Notes: generated by a model from the sequence alone, not told the origin. A stretch of 64,000 nt of DNA from Alphaproteobacteria bacterium (GCA_964291215.2 OZ219791.1:3328001-3392000), one strand, 5' to 3'. Counted from the first letter of the stretch, positions 11,121 to 22,495 are shown. Numbers and translations are program-made.

Positions 11121-11473
11121 CCGCCGGGTTGCCGATCCGATCAGGTAGAAGCGGAAAGGCGAAACCGATTGAGCGTGGAAGGCTGGTGTAGCTGGCGGCC
11201 CCGCGCGTGACCGTGCCGATGACGATAGCTTGGAGAAAACCCCTCGCTCCCGGCGTGCCACAAGACCGCCCACGGCATCGGAGCAGCTTGGGCGCTGTGG
11301 CCATTTCCCGACGGGCCACCCAAGCACGATCTCACCAACTGGACCGCCATCGATGACTGGCCCGATCCCGTGCCGTTTGTGGAGGCCGAGATCGATGTGT
11401 TCGAGCGATGGTTTGGCGACCTGTTCGATGAACTGTTCGACCCGGATTTCTGAGTGTCTCCATGCCGGGGCCG

Positions 11474-13398
11474 CACGGCGATCCCACGCTAGGTTTGTTG
11501 GAAGGGTCGGTTTTGCTTGTTCAGGATGATTCGCATTTTCGCTGGCTTTTTGTGAAGCGGCGTAGTATCCGTTGTCGTGGGGGCAGCGGATTTTTTTGAG
11601 ACGACTCTGGAGGGTTTTGCGCTCCGGGATGTGGTTGTGCGCCTTGCGCGGCCTGATGTCGCTGGAACCGTGTTGTTGACCGTATCTTGGTTTCAAGCAG
11701 TTTGCCGGTCGAGGTCTGCGTATTCACTTGGCGCGGGCGGTGGATTGGTGCTGCGGGCTGGCAGACGGGCGCCCTCAGCTGCGCACCCGTTGGCTGGCGC
11801 CGCGAGGAACAGTTCAGGCGGTTGCCGGGAACAACACGAGGTTTGTTGTTCTTGGTGGTCGTTTCCGGGCCTCGTTTGTGTTGTCGCGGATGGTGCGGCG
11901 GCGACTGGGAGGCTGCCGTTGCTTGTTGCGGAGTCGTTTGTCTCGCCGACGAAGTTCAGCGGCACCATGTACAAGGCAGCGAACTGGGAGTGCGTTGGCA
12001 GGAGCTATGCGCGCGCCAGCGGGCGCTATACCGACCGGGGAGGCGAAGGATCTTTACGTGTTTCCGCTGCGTCGTGACGTCGGCTGCGGGATCGTTCGCC
12101 GCTTCCTGTGGCGTGGGAGTTGCGGGCGCCGCTGGTCGGCGCAGGAGTTGCGCTCGATTTATCAGCGGCGCTTTCCGGCGCGCGCAGGGGCACCGCGGCG
12201 ACGCCTGGAGCTACGACGACGAATTCGTCCGACTTCCGGCGCGCGCAGGGGCGCAAGCACCGCATCGCCTCGGTGCTGTGCGTGATTTTGCTGGCTTGCG
12301 AACCGGCACGGTGCGGTTGCGGCGGCGCACTACGCGATGACGCAGAAGGAGCTGGAGCAGCATGGAAGAACAGGGACAAGCCGGTTTCCAAATCGACCGT
12401 GCACCGGGTGCTGCAGAACACCGACCCGGGATGGATCGAGGATGCGGCGCGCAGCCGCGCCTGGAGGTCGGCAACGCGGTCGACGGCAAGCGCATCCGCG
12501 GCCGCACCGGCGAGGATCATTACGAGACGGTCTCGCTGGCCGGTATTCGATCCTCAACTATCACGACGGGGAGATCGCTGCCGTCCACGCCGCGACGGCA
12601 CCGGTTGCCGGCCGTCTGCTCACCCTCGACGCGCTCCATACCACCCGCGAGACCGCGCGGCTGATCGTCGAGACCCATCGCGCGGACTGGATGATGATGG
12701 TCAAGGGCAACGCGCCCGAGACCTTCGAGACCTTCGAGAGCATCAACTGGAAGACCGCCAGCGCTACAACGAAAAGCCCGCGCATGGCCGCCAGCGCACC
12801 ATCGAGGTCTTCACCCCGCTGGCGAAGATGATCAACTAGTCAAGCAGATCTTCCGCGTCACCCGACGCGTCGAATTCAAGAAATCCAGAAAACGGACAAC
12901 CGAATACGCCATGACCTCGGTCAAGCGCGCCTCGCCGCAACAGCTGCTCGCATGGAATCGCGGACACTGGGTAGTCGAGAGCCACCATCATGTCCGCGAT
13001 GCCACCTTCCGCGAAGACGACTCCATGCTCCGAACGCGCCAGCAAACAACGCGATCACCCTCGCAATCGCCGTCATCATCCGCAACAAACGCAAGCTGCC
13101 CAAACCCTTCAACAGCTTCGTCGACGCCCGCCACCACTATGCCGACAAGCGCAAGCAGGTCCTGCACGCAATCACAAGACCAGGCTGACCGCGCCTCTCT
13201 CCCCGACAGAAACTGCAAGCTCTCGAGCCCGGCAACCAAACCCGGCAGGCCTCTCGCTCACCCCGGATACGCCGACCAATCGCGCCCCGCGCCGTAACAG
13301 CGCGTCAGCAAATCTCAAAATCGCAGCCTCGAACGCGTCGACCCGCGCCACGATCAGGACTCCGATCACATCACATCAACAAGCATGGGATCACCTTG
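11474..13398 (+). mobile_element. ISAs1-family element with DUF4338 domain, subtype 2 (probable autonomous partner of the MITE)
   Basis: TIRs CACGGCGATCCCACGCT / AGCATGGGATCACCTTG; 10-bp TSD GCCGGGGCCG (11464-11473, 13399-13408); VDGKRIRG, LTLDALHT, VKGN and RGHWVVESHHHVRDATFRED motifs. Confidence 0.88.
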
Positions 13399-13453
13399 GC
13401 CGGGGCCGGAGTCAGGCTTGCAAATGGTACCAATAACTGATACTGACCACTTC

Positions 13454-13708
13454 ATGAAAAAGCGCCATAGAGCCACGCTGGAACTGATCTTCGTCCGCCC
13501 CGTCAACGGCTCAATCCGCTGGTCCGACATTGAGGCGCTGTTTGCCGCTCTTGGGGCGGAAATCAGCGAACGGGAAGGTTCGAGAATAGGCGTGTTTCTG
13601 TTTGGCGAAGTTCGCGTCTTTCACCGCCCGCATCCGTCACCGGATACGGACAAGGGTGCGGTTGCCAGTATTCGCAAGTGGCTGGAAGAACACGGAGTGA
13701 AACCATGA
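13454..13708 (+). CDS. hicA: HicA-family toxin
   Basis: IRWSDIEALF, EREGSR and FHRPHP motifs; 84 aa; ATGA overlap with hicB. Confidence 0.9.
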   Translation: MKKRHRATLELIFVRPVNGSIRWSDIEALFAALGAEISEREGSRIGVFLFGEVRVFHRPHPSPDTDKGAVASIRKWLEEHGVKP

Positions 13709-14055
13709 TCAATGTGATCGAGATCGATGGGGAGAAGGCGGTCGTTACCTTTGACTCAGACATTCAGATGCTGCGCGGCGAGTTTATCGGGCTGAATGGC
13801 GGCGCCGACTTCTATGCCGAGAGTGTCCACGATCTGATCGAGGAAGGCCGGAAATCGCTGGCGGTCTATCTGGAGATGTGTCGGGAAAAGGGCATCGAAC
13901 CGGGCCGAAAATTTTCCGGGAAGTTCAATGTCCGCCTCGATCCTTCCGATCATGCCGCAGCAGTCATTGCAGCCGCCGCAGCGGGCAAGAGCCTGAATGA
14001 ATGGGTCGTCGGGGCGATCAGGGAAGCCGCCGAGAGTGGCAACCAGGCGGCCTGA
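13705..14055 (+). CDS. hicB: HicB-family antitoxin
   Basis: RGEFIGLNGGADFY, YLEMCREKGIEP, FSGKFNVRL..H and KSLNEWV (RHH). Confidence 0.9.
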   Translation: MINVIEIDGEKAVVTFDSDIQMLRGEFIGLNGGADFYAESVHDLIEEGRKSLAVYLEMCREKGIEPGRKFSGKFNVRLDPSDHAAAVIAAAAAGKSLNEWVVGAIREAAESGNQAA

Positions 14056-15728
14056 TCTTGAGCCTATGACTGGATCGTTTCGGTATCGACATATGTTTGA
14101 GAAGGAGACCGGGCATGAACGCCCCCGCTTCCACCATCACTCGGCACGCTGCCCCTTAGCTGTGCGTCTCGACGGCGCGTCAGGCCCAGCATGAGGTCTC
14201 CATTCCCGACCAGAAGCGACAAGGCGAAGTCCAGGGTGGTCTTACGCTAAATTCTGTCTGATTTTTCAAGGCAGTACCTGGGCTTTGCGGGGTCGCGGGT
14301 TGGTGCGGGAGATTTTTTTACAGTTTTCGCTGGCTTTCTTGCACTGAAGTTGTCATGGTGCGGGGATGTCGGTTCACAAGCACATCGCATCCTGTCCGAT
14401 TCACGTCGCAGCTCCGGAAGGGTCTGTCCGAGGTTGAGGTTCGCGAAGCCTGAGGAGCGTCCGCTGTGGGATGCGTTGATGGACGACTATCTCGGGTTTC
14501 GCCGTCTGGCGGGGCTGCGCTATATTGCGTCCTTCAGGGGGCAGTGGCTGGGTCTGGCGGCGTGACGGGGCCTTCAAGTGCCGCGACCGGTGGATTGGCT
14601 GGAAGCCGGAGCAGCAGGGCTTGATCTGACAACACGCGACTGCTTGCGGCGCCGGGAACGTTTCCGAACCTTGCCTCCTTCTTTCTTGCGACGCGGCGGC
14701 TGGCCGACGATTGGCTGGAGGCCTACGGCCACCAGGTGGCGGAGACGTTCTGCGATCCGGCGCGTTTTGCGGGCACAAGGCGGCAGGCTGGTGTGCCAAG
14801 GGGTTTGCCCGCGGGCGCTACACCGACCCCCATGGTAAGGAGATTTTCGTTGTGCGGCGCGACGGCTGCTGTCGCAGGCGCTGCGGTAGCGCCGCCTGCC
14901 TCCTCGCTCCCCGGGGTTCCGAGGTGATGCGTTCGCTGCACGAAGAGTTGGCGGCGATCGAGGACTTCCGCCGCGCAGGAAGCACACGGTGTGCTCACGT
15001 TCTCGCCGAGCTTGCGAACATGAAAGGCAGCTGCGCAGTTTGCGCGGTCGCTGTCTCAGGACGAGGCCATCGGCGGAACCCGGGGACGGAGCTGCGCGAG
15101 CCGCCCTCCAAGGCGACCCTCCACTGGGCAGTCGATCGACCCCGAGGCGCTTGAGGATGTACTCGGCCGCGGGCTCGCCCGAGCGCTTGCCGCCGACGGC
15201 AAGCGCATCCGCGGCGCTAACCGCAACGGCCACCACGAGACCGTGGCTCTCACGCATCCGGCGCACCCTTCGCGCTGTTGAATTTCGACGACGGTGAGCT
15301 GGCGGCCACCTCCTCGAGCGCACCGATGTCCGCGGCAAGGTGATCACCCTCGACGCCGGCGGCGCTGATCACCCGGCGCTGCGGCGCAGACTATGTCTTC
15401 TCGGTCAAAGGCAATGCGCCCGAAACCTTCGACATCCTCGACGGCATCGACTGGGAGACAGATGGCCGCTTCAAGGAAGAGTAAGGCCCGCCTCGAGCAG
15501 CGCGTGCCGCTCAAGGGCTTGATCAACTACCCCGGCCAGATCGCCCGCATCAAGCGCTACCGCGAGCCGCTGGGAAAGAGCGCCAGCGGCGCAGCGAGCG
15601 GCAACGACTGTACCGATACATCATCACCTTATATGACTAGGTTTTGTCCCCTTGATGATGAAATCATCCACAGCAGTTGGGGGCGGGAAAATGTGGATCT
15701 GTGGGAGAGCTATGGTTGCAGAGAGATT

Positions 15729-15904
15729 CCGCTCCCCTGAGCGAACACGCACAGGGGAGCGGGGATCAAACGATCTCCGCGGAGGTTGCCGTTTTCACCT
15801 TGACAGGGCCGCGAGCGAGTGTGGTCGGCCAACCTCCCTTGACGTCCCTCGCATGGATGCTTGGGTTTGAACCCGTATCATCGTAAGGCGAGGAGCAAGG
15901 GACG
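15729..15904 (+). ncRNA. Putative IS110 bridge RNA, copy 1
   Basis: 5' hairpin CCGCTCCCCTG/CAGGGGAGCGG; target loop with TTTTCACCT (15792-15800) and CGAGCGAG (15812-15819); donor loop with CATGGATGCTT (15852-15862) and GTAAG (15883-15887). Confidence 0.75.
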
Positions 15905-16636
15905 ATGGTCAAGATAGTAGCAGGGGTCAGCCAGTCTGGACATCTGGCGCATTGTTTTGCGAACGACGCCACGGGCAAGTGGCTTCGCGGCCTCGGGGTG
16001 AGCCGGGTGGTGGGCGACAGGCCGCTATCACCGCAAGGTTCACCAGTGTCTTCATGACCGGGGCTTCGAGGTTATTCTCGTCAACCCGTTGCGGGCGCTT
16101 CGCCGAGGCGATGGGCCATCTGGCCGACCGCGTCGACGCCAAGATCGGCTGGGCGATCTTGAGCCTGTGGCTCCGCCTTCCTCAAGAGCCTGGAGGATCT
16201 CCTGGTGCCGCGCTTGTCGACGCCAAGCAGGTGGCAGATGAGGTGGATGGCGAGACCGTCACAAGGGCCTCAGCGGCCGATCTCGATGACCGCATTGCCG
16301 GCGCGGCGATCAAAGCGGTGATCGCCGGTGATCCCGAGCAGAGGTACCCTGACCTCGATCCGGTGACCGCCGCAGCCCTTCTGGATGCCCGAACTCGGCA
16401 GCGTCGGCAGGCGGCAGCCTTGATCGGGGTGGCGCCGATGGCCAACGACTACGGTGCTCGGCACATCCGTGGCGGGCGCCGAAGGCCACGCGATCTCCTG
16501 GCCGCGACCGGCACGCTTCAACGCGGACCTGGTGCGCCTCAAGACTGCCGGCAAGCAAGGTCGCGATTGTCGCCGTGATGCGCAAGCTCTGGCGAACACC
16601 TTGCTGCGACAGCAGCGTTGCCTGAAGTACCGGTGA

Positions 16637-16837
16637 GTGAGCGAAGGAGACACGGCCCTCACCCCTGCCGAGAGCGCGATCGGGACTGTCTCGACAGTCT
16701 CCCTCTACGACACGACTTGGGGAGAATGTCTGCAGATCATCGTCGAGGTCGACATCAAGGAGATCGAACCGCCTTGGGACACCTGGAACCCGGACGGTCA
16801 CGTGCCCGGGGACGGCAAGGTAGCCGCGTTCACGTGA
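16637..16837 (+). CDS. Small unknown ORF in the IS110 right region (copy 1)
   Basis: 66-aa ORF whose sequence is conserved in copy 2 (58720-58912), where it has an AAGGAGA RBS and ATG. Confidence 0.45.
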   Translation: MSEGDTALTPAESAIGTVSTVSLYDTTWGECLQIIVEVDIKEIEPPWDTWNPDGHVPGDGKVAAFT

Positions 16838-17509
16838 CCAATGGACGGCAACCCGCCGCCGGGACCACAAGCTTCATGTCGCCTCGCTCGCAGAGCAAAC
16901 CCCACACCGCTTGTGGACAACCACAGAAAACATCACCACAGACACCCGCAAAAACCTTGCCAAGAAACATGGATGCTCGCTCGATGCGCAACACGCCAGA
17001 GGAACCGCTGCGGCCGCGGGCCGTGGAAAACATGAACCACCGAGACTGCGTTTTCGGCGAAGACGCCTGCCTGACACGCCCGCAAACCGCGCCAGCCTCA
17101 ACAACATCGCGCTCGCGGTGATCTTCCGACGCGAGAGCCTCGCCGAAACACGGCGGCGGCTCGACCGCCGAGAAGCCGTCGCAGCTCTGATTCGGCCCTG
17201 AGCGCCAATGGCGTCCGGCCGATTCCCGGACGCCGCCCACAACCCGCCTACATCCCGAAAACAACCCGCCCACGCGCCGGCAACGCCGCCGGCGACGACC
17301 GCGGACGGCCCCAAAGCCAGAAAACCCGGCAGGTTGTACAACCCCCCTCCATCAGCAGTCGACAAGATCGAATGCAGCGTGAGAAAGTCCTGGCCTCCAA
17401 GACGAAGCGCTTGTCATCGGACCCTCCCGGGTGTAAACTTACCGTCTTCGATGCGACTTTACGTATCGTCGGTGATGATGGCTTTTCATGCGTCCCGGCG
17501 GCACAACCT

Positions 17510-17585
17510 GCCCAGGTAGCTCAGTTGGTAGAGCATCGCACTGAAAATGCGGGTGTCGGTGGTTCGAATCCGCCCCTGGGCACCA
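17510..17585 (+). tRNA. tRNA-Phe (GAA)
   Basis: GCCCAGG acceptor stem, D-arm AGCTCAGTTGGTAGAGC, anticodon loop CTGAAAA, GTTCGAATC T-loop, 3' CCA. Confidence 0.97.
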
Positions 17586-17661
17586 CTCTTTCCATGCCTT
17601 CGACAACCAATCCTGAAGGCGTCCGGGACTCCGCTGCGCGGGCACCGGCCTGCGCCGTTCG

Positions 17662-20043
17662 TCAACCTTCCTTGCCCGAGATCGCCTTCCAGACGGTCTC
17701 GGGTGTCAGAGGCATCGCGAGATCGGTCACGCCTGTCGGGGCGAGCGCATCAAGCGCCGCGCCGACCACGGCGGCCGGCGAGCCGATGGAACCCGATTCA
17801 CCGCACCCCTTCGCGCCGAGCGGGTTGTGGGTGCAGGGATGGGACTCGTCGAGCCTGCCTTCGAAACTCACGAGGTCGTCGGCTCGCGGCATGCAGTAAT
17901 CGAGATAGGATCCCGAAAGGAGTTGTCCCGAGCGCGGATCGTAGCTGCAGTGTTCCGTCATCGCCTGGCCGATTCCCTGCGCGAGGCCGCCATGGACCTG
18001 ACCCTCGACGATGAGGGGATTGATCACGGTTCCGATATCGTCGACCGTGAGGTAGCTCATGATCTCCATGGTGCCGGTCTCGGCATCGATCTCGATCTCG
18101 CAGAGGTGGCCGCCGTTGGAATAGGCGAAGTTGGGCGGGTCGTAGAACGCGTTCTCGTTCAGGCCCGGTTCGACCCCTGCGGGGAGGGCATGGGCGACAT
18201 TGGCGGCTGCGGCAACGCTCTGGAGCGGCAGCCGCCGGTCGGTGCCGGCGACCGTATACATCCCGTCGTCGAAAACGAGGTCTCCGGGATCGGCCTCGAG
18301 CAGATCGGCGGCAATCAACCGTCCCTTGGCGATTATCTTGTCGGCGGCGGCGGCGATCGCCGATCCGCCCACCGCGATGGAGCGCGAGCCAAAGGTGCCG
18401 GTTCCCATCTGCACGACGCCGGTATCGCCCTCGATGACCTCGACCGTGGAATAGGGCAGGCCCAGACGCTCGGCGACGATCTGGGCGTAGGTAGTCTCGT
18501 GGCCCTGCCCGTGATTGTGCGTGCCCGCGAGAATCTGCACGCTGCCGTCTCCGGCGATGCGGATCTCGGCGCTTTCGAAGAAACCGACTCGAGCGCCGAG
18601 CATGCCTGCCAGGCGTGACGGGGCGACGCCGGACGTCTCGACGAACAGGGCCAGGCCGATGCCTCGGAGCCTGCCCCTGTGCGCCGATTCCTCGCGGCGT
18701 TTGGCAAAACCCCGCCAGTTCCCGACCTTGAGAAGCGCATCCAGAATTCCAGGGAAGTCGCCGCAGTCATAGGTCGGTCCGATCGGCGTTGCATAGGGCA
18801 TGCAATCGGCTGGAATCAGGTTGCGGCGTCGGATTTCGACCCGGTCGATGCCAAGCAACCGGGCGGCCTCGTCGGCAAGGCGCTCGAGCACGTAGCAGGC
18901 TTCGGGGCGGCCAGCGCCGCGATAGGCGTCGACCGGCACCGTGTTGGTGAGCGCGGCCGTCACATCGATGCGGATGGCCGGTGTGCCGTAGATGCCGGCC
19001 AGCAGTGCAGTGTAGATCGCACCCGGAATCGCGGCGCCGAACGTCGAGACGTAGGCGCCGACATTGGCGGTGGTGACGACGTGCAGACCCAGGAACCGGC
19101 CGTCGGCATCAATGCCGAGCCTCGCCCGCGTCAGGTGGTCTCGAGCCTGTGTATCGCTGCTGAAGGCCTCCGAGCGGCTGGAAATCCAGCGTATGGGAAC
19201 ACCGAGGCGGCGTGCGGCCCAGACGAGGATTGTCTCTTCGGGATAATGCTTGCCTTTGGTTCCGAAGCCGCCGCCGACATCAGGCGCGATCACGCGGAGC
19301 TTGTGCGTCGGCAGCGACAACGCTTCGCAGACCGAGCGGCGGATCAGATGCGGGGCCTGGGTGGCATCGTGAAGAACCGTGATATCCGATGTCGGGTCGT
19401 GCGAGGCCAGACAGGCCCGTGCCTCGATCGCTCCGCAGGCGAGCCGGTTGTTGATGAGTTCAAGTTCGACCACATGGTCAGCGGTTGCGATCGCTGTTGC
19501 CGCCTTGTCCGCATCTCCCCGGCCCCAGGAGAACAGGCGGTTGCCAGCGATCTCCGGATGCAAGAGCGGCGCGCCGTCGGCGAGTGCGGTGCTTGCGTCG
19601 GTGACCGCGGGCAGGGGGCGGTATTCGACCCCTACCTCCAATGCCGCGTCCCCGGCCTGCGCCTCTGTTTCGGCGACGATCATCGCGACCGCCTCACCGA
19701 CATGGCGCACGCGGCCGCGTGCCAGTGGCCACCGTTCGGGGACGATCATCCTGGAGCCGTCAGAATCTTCCATGATCCACATGCAGGGCATCGGCAAAAT
19801 ACCCTCGTCTGCCATGTCCTCGCCGGTGAGGCAGGCAACGACACCCGGCATGCGTGCGGCTTCCTCCACATCCACGGCGACGATCTCGGCATGGCTGTGT
19901 GGCGAGCGGATGAACGCGGCATGATGCTGGTTCGGAACCACGATGTCGGAAACGAACCGTCCCCGTCCCTGCAGGAAGCGTTCGTCCTCCTTGCGGATGA
20001 GAGGCTGGCCGATTCCTTGCGAAACGGCTTTGGAATTGGTCAT
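17662..20043 (-). CDS. Xanthine dehydrogenase-family molybdopterin-binding large subunit (CoxL form II-like)
   Basis: DVGGGFGTK, AYRGAGRPE, HGQGHET, TFGSRS, GQVHGGLAQGIG and GAKGCGESG motifs. Confidence 0.9.
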   Translation of the reverse strand: MTNSKAVSQGIGQPLIRKEDERFLQGRGRFVSDIVVPNQHHAAFIRSPHSHAEIVAVDVEEAARMPGVVACLTGEDMADEGILPMPCMWIMEDSDGSRMIVPERWPLARGRVRHVGEAVAMIVAETEAQAGDAALEVGVEYRPLPAVTDASTALADGAPLLHPEIAGNRLFSWGRGDADKAATAIATADHVVELELINNRLACGAIEARACLASHDPTSDITVLHDATQAPHLIRRSVCEALSLPTHKLRVIAPDVGGGFGTKGKHYPEETILVWAARRLGVPIRWISSRSEAFSSDTQARDHLTRARLGIDADGRFLGLHVVTTANVGAYVSTFGAAIPGAIYTALLAGIYGTPAIRIDVTAALTNTVPVDAYRGAGRPEACYVLERLADEAARLLGIDRVEIRRRNLIPADCMPYATPIGPTYDCGDFPGILDALLKVGNWRGFAKRREESAHRGRLRGIGLALFVETSGVAPSRLAGMLGARVGFFESAEIRIAGDGSVQILAGTHNHGQGHETTYAQIVAERLGLPYSTVEVIEGDTGVVQMGTGTFGSRSIAVGGSAIAAAADKIIAKGRLIAADLLEADPGDLVFDDGMYTVAGTDRRLPLQSVAAAANVAHALPAGVEPGLNENAFYDPPNFAYSNGGHLCEIEIDAETGTMEIMSYLTVDDIGTVINPLIVEGQVHGGLAQGIGQAMTEHCSYDPRSGQLLSGSYLDYCMPRADDLVSFEGRLDESHPCTHNPLGAKGCGESGSIGSPAAVVGAALDALAPTGVTDLAMPLTPETVWKAISGKEG

Positions 20044-20137
20044 CGGCAGGTCCTCGTCAGGCAGCACGGCATGGGACGGCCAGTCCGGGGCGTCCTCCGG
20101 GAAGTATCCGGCGCGGCTGTGTCATCGGCAACCGGCC

Positions 20138-21325
20138 TCAACCGCGGGATTCGGCCGCAGCTGCCGAGAGTGCAAGGAGGGCCTCGTCGCTGCCCGGCGG
20201 TCCGATCAGGGAGATTCCGAGCGGCGCGCCGGCGGTTGCCAGCGGAAGGGAGATCTGGGGGAAGCCGGAGAGCCCGGCAGGACAGGTGAGGCCCATCGTA
20301 CGCACCCGGAACGCGTCGACCTCCGTCGAGCCGGCGTCGCGTCGCGGGCTGCAGGGCGCGGTCGGGATGACGAGCAGCGTCTCTCCGCGGCCCACCAGTT
20401 CGTCAAGGCGCGCGCGGGCGACATCGCGCACCGGCTGGTGTTCCTCTGCGTGATGCTCGGTCAGCGTCGCAGCGAAGGCGAAGCGTTCCTTCACGCCGGG
20501 GCCGAACGCGGGTTCGTGTTCGGTGATCCACGCGCCATGGGCCTGCCAGATCTCGAGGGCCTGGAGGTGGCGGAAGGCGTCGAACCACCGGTCAAGTCCC
20601 TCCGCGGCAATGCGGACGGTTTTCGTACGTAGGCCGAGAGCCTCGACAAGCGCTCGCGCCTCGGCTTCCGAGGCCCGGCGCTCGTCTCCGGGCAGGCGGG
20701 CGAAGGCGTCTTCCGCGACGAGCGCCGTTTGCGGAGAGATGACGCGTGCGGCCCCGTCGAGCAGAACATCGCCGACGGCGCTGAATAGCGCGGGGTCGTG
20801 CGCAAACCATCCTATGACATCAAATGAATCGGCGAGCGCCACAACGCCGCGATCGGGTACGCGGCCGTGCGTGGGGCGAATGCCGTAGATTCCCGAAAAG
20901 CTCGCGGGACAGCGGACGGAACCGCCGCAATCCGTGCCGAGCGCCAAGTCGGCAAGGCCGCCGGCGACGGCAGCGGCTGATCCCGACGATGATCCGCCGA
21001 TCGAATGTTGCGGTGCGGCCGGGTTCACCGGCGCTCCGTAATGGATGTTGTTGCCGGCGAGGCTGTAGCACATCTCGTCGCACACGGTTTTGCCGACGAG
21101 CGAAGCCCCGGCGTCGAGAAGGAGCTTCACCGCTGTGGCGTGGGCCGCTGCCGGTGGATGGGTCGCCAGCCAGATGGGCTGGCCGTTGCCGGTCTTGCGG
21201 CCGGCGACATCGAACACGTCTTTTGCCGCAAAGGTGGCGCCCGAAAGCGCGCCGCTGCCCGTCGCAGGTTCGCTTACCGCCGGGCCGGCGAGAAAGGCGC
21301 CGAAATCGTCAGTCATTGGCCGCAT
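20138..21325 (-). CDS. Amidase signature family protein
   Basis: KDVFDVAG, GKT, GGSSSGSAAAV and GTDCGGSVRCPAS. Confidence 0.9.
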   Translation of the reverse strand: MRPMTDDFGAFLAGPAVSEPATGSGALSGATFAAKDVFDVAGRKTGNGQPIWLATHPPAAAHATAVKLLLDAGASLVGKTVCDEMCYSLAGNNIHYGAPVNPAAPQHSIGGSSSGSAAAVAGGLADLALGTDCGGSVRCPASFSGIYGIRPTHGRVPDRGVVALADSFDVIGWFAHDPALFSAVGDVLLDGAARVISPQTALVAEDAFARLPGDERRASEAEARALVEALGLRTKTVRIAAEGLDRWFDAFRHLQALEIWQAHGAWITEHEPAFGPGVKERFAFAATLTEHHAEEHQPVRDVARARLDELVGRGETLLVIPTAPCSPRRDAGSTEVDAFRVRTMGLTCPAGLSGFPQISLPLATAGAPLGISLIGPPGSDEALLALSAAAAESRG

Positions 21326-21408
21326 GCTCCTGGATTTCTGCGCCCGGGCGCGGCTTGGCTGCCTGCCGGTGTCGCGGCGCTCCGGTTACTGCTGCTCTTG
21401 GCGACGCC

Positions 21409-22401
21409 TCACAGGCCGAGTTCCCATCGCAAATTCCCCTCGTACATTGCCTCGCGGTCGGCGTCCGTGCAGCGGAGATTCTCGATAACTCCGATAGTCG
21501 AGCGGATGAGGCGTCCGCCGCCTTCCTCGTCATAGGGGCAGTCGGTGGCGAAGAAGGAATGATCGGCGCCAAAGAAATCGAGGCCGGCCTGGCTCGCCGC
21601 CTGGGCGCCGAACATTGCCGTATCCCCGAAATAGTCCCTGAAATACTCCACCAGAGGTTTCTTGAGCACATCCCGGAAAGAGCGGCCCTCGCCCATGTCG
21701 GCGTTGCGGCTTTCCCAGCTCGGCGTGAAGCGGCCTTCGGCATGGGGAACATAGGCGCCCCAGTGATGCGCGATGATCCTGAGGCCAGGGATCTCATCGA
21801 ACATTCCTGAACACGCGATCCGCGCCATTGCTGCACTCGTCTCGTAGGCCCATCCGAATCCCCAGAAGATCTCGTGAAACGAGCGGTCCTCGGTGAGGTA
21901 ATCGGGATGTGTCGCCGGGCGGGTCGGGTGAAGCCAGATCACCTTTCTGCGCTCCGTTATCTTGGCAAAGATGTCTCGGAATTCCGGCTGGTCGAGCGCC
22001 CGGTTGTTCACGTTGGTGAAGAGCTGGAAGCCGACCGCGCCCAGTTCGTCGATCGTGCGGTCGATCTCGGCAAGGGCCGCGTCGGTGTTGTTCATCGGCA
22101 GCGAGGCGATGAACCACGGCATGCGGTCGGCGCGCTCGCGGCAGATGCGGGCCATCCCGTCATTTGCTACGCGGGTGAGGCCGGGGCTGTCATCGGGGCC
22201 GGCGATCGAATCGATTGGAGGCTGGGACATCGAGATGATCTGCTGGTAGTCGTCGAATTCCTCGAGCATCCGCTCGCGCGCGTCCATGTCGTATATCGTC
22301 CGGATCGCCTTCCAGCGTTTGACGGCGGCATCGGGCATCAGGCCCTCGACCTTCTCGAAGAACTCGGGCGGAAAGACGTGGTTGAAGACATCGATTTTCA
22401 T
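21409..22401 (-). CDS. Amidohydrolase_2 family protein (decarboxylase/hydratase-like)
   Basis: IDVFNHVFP, WLHP, IIAHHWG and FATDCPYD metal-binding motifs. Confidence 0.85.
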   Translation of the reverse strand: MKIDVFNHVFPPEFFEKVEGLMPDAAVKRWKAIRTIYDMDARERMLEEFDDYQQIISMSQPPIDSIAGPDDSPGLTRVANDGMARICRERADRMPWFIASLPMNNTDAALAEIDRTIDELGAVGFQLFTNVNNRALDQPEFRDIFAKITERRKVIWLHPTRPATHPDYLTEDRSFHEIFWGFGWAYETSAAMARIACSGMFDEIPGLRIIAHHWGAYVPHAEGRFTPSWESRNADMGEGRSFRDVLKKPLVEYFRDYFGDTAMFGAQAASQAGLDFFGADHSFFATDCPYDEEGGGRLIRSTIGVIENLRCTDADREAMYEGNLRWELGL

Positions 22402-22495
22402 CTGGATCGCTCCTTGCCCGGGCGGCGCCCGGCGGGACTGAAGGGTGGGCGATGTTGCCGCGGCGCCGTGCGGCGGCACGGACAGGACGGGAAGC

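Larger units (their letters stand above)
15630..16977 (+). mobile_element. IS110-family element, copy 1 (recombinase ~15905-16636, frameshifted)
   Basis: Inserted at a CT core in TCATCAC-CT-CGCTCG (uninterrupted site at 6311-6325, minus strand); no TIR or TSD beyond CT; AAALIGVAP and RHIRGGR motifs. Confidence 0.9.
14232..17392 (+). mobile_element. ISAs1/DUF4338 subtype 1, copy B, interrupted by IS110 copy 1
   Basis: Same TIRs as 5854-7925 in the opposite orientation; no matching TSD on the flanks. Confidence 0.88.

Noticed and set aside
11230-11453. Small island-type protein remnant (..DDWPDPVPFVEAEIDVFERWFGDLFDELF)
   Set aside because: It resembles small proteins near island recombinases but is frameshifted and isolated; too weak to call.
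17510-17585. tRNA-Phe as the attachment site of a genomic island
   Set aside because: The IS-rich region lies on its 5' side, and no integrase or duplicated tRNA 3' end was seen in the window.
17662-20043. Bona fide aerobic CO dehydrogenase
   Set aside because: The active-site loop is AYRGAGR (form II-like), not AYXCSFR, and coxM/coxS and accessory genes are absent.
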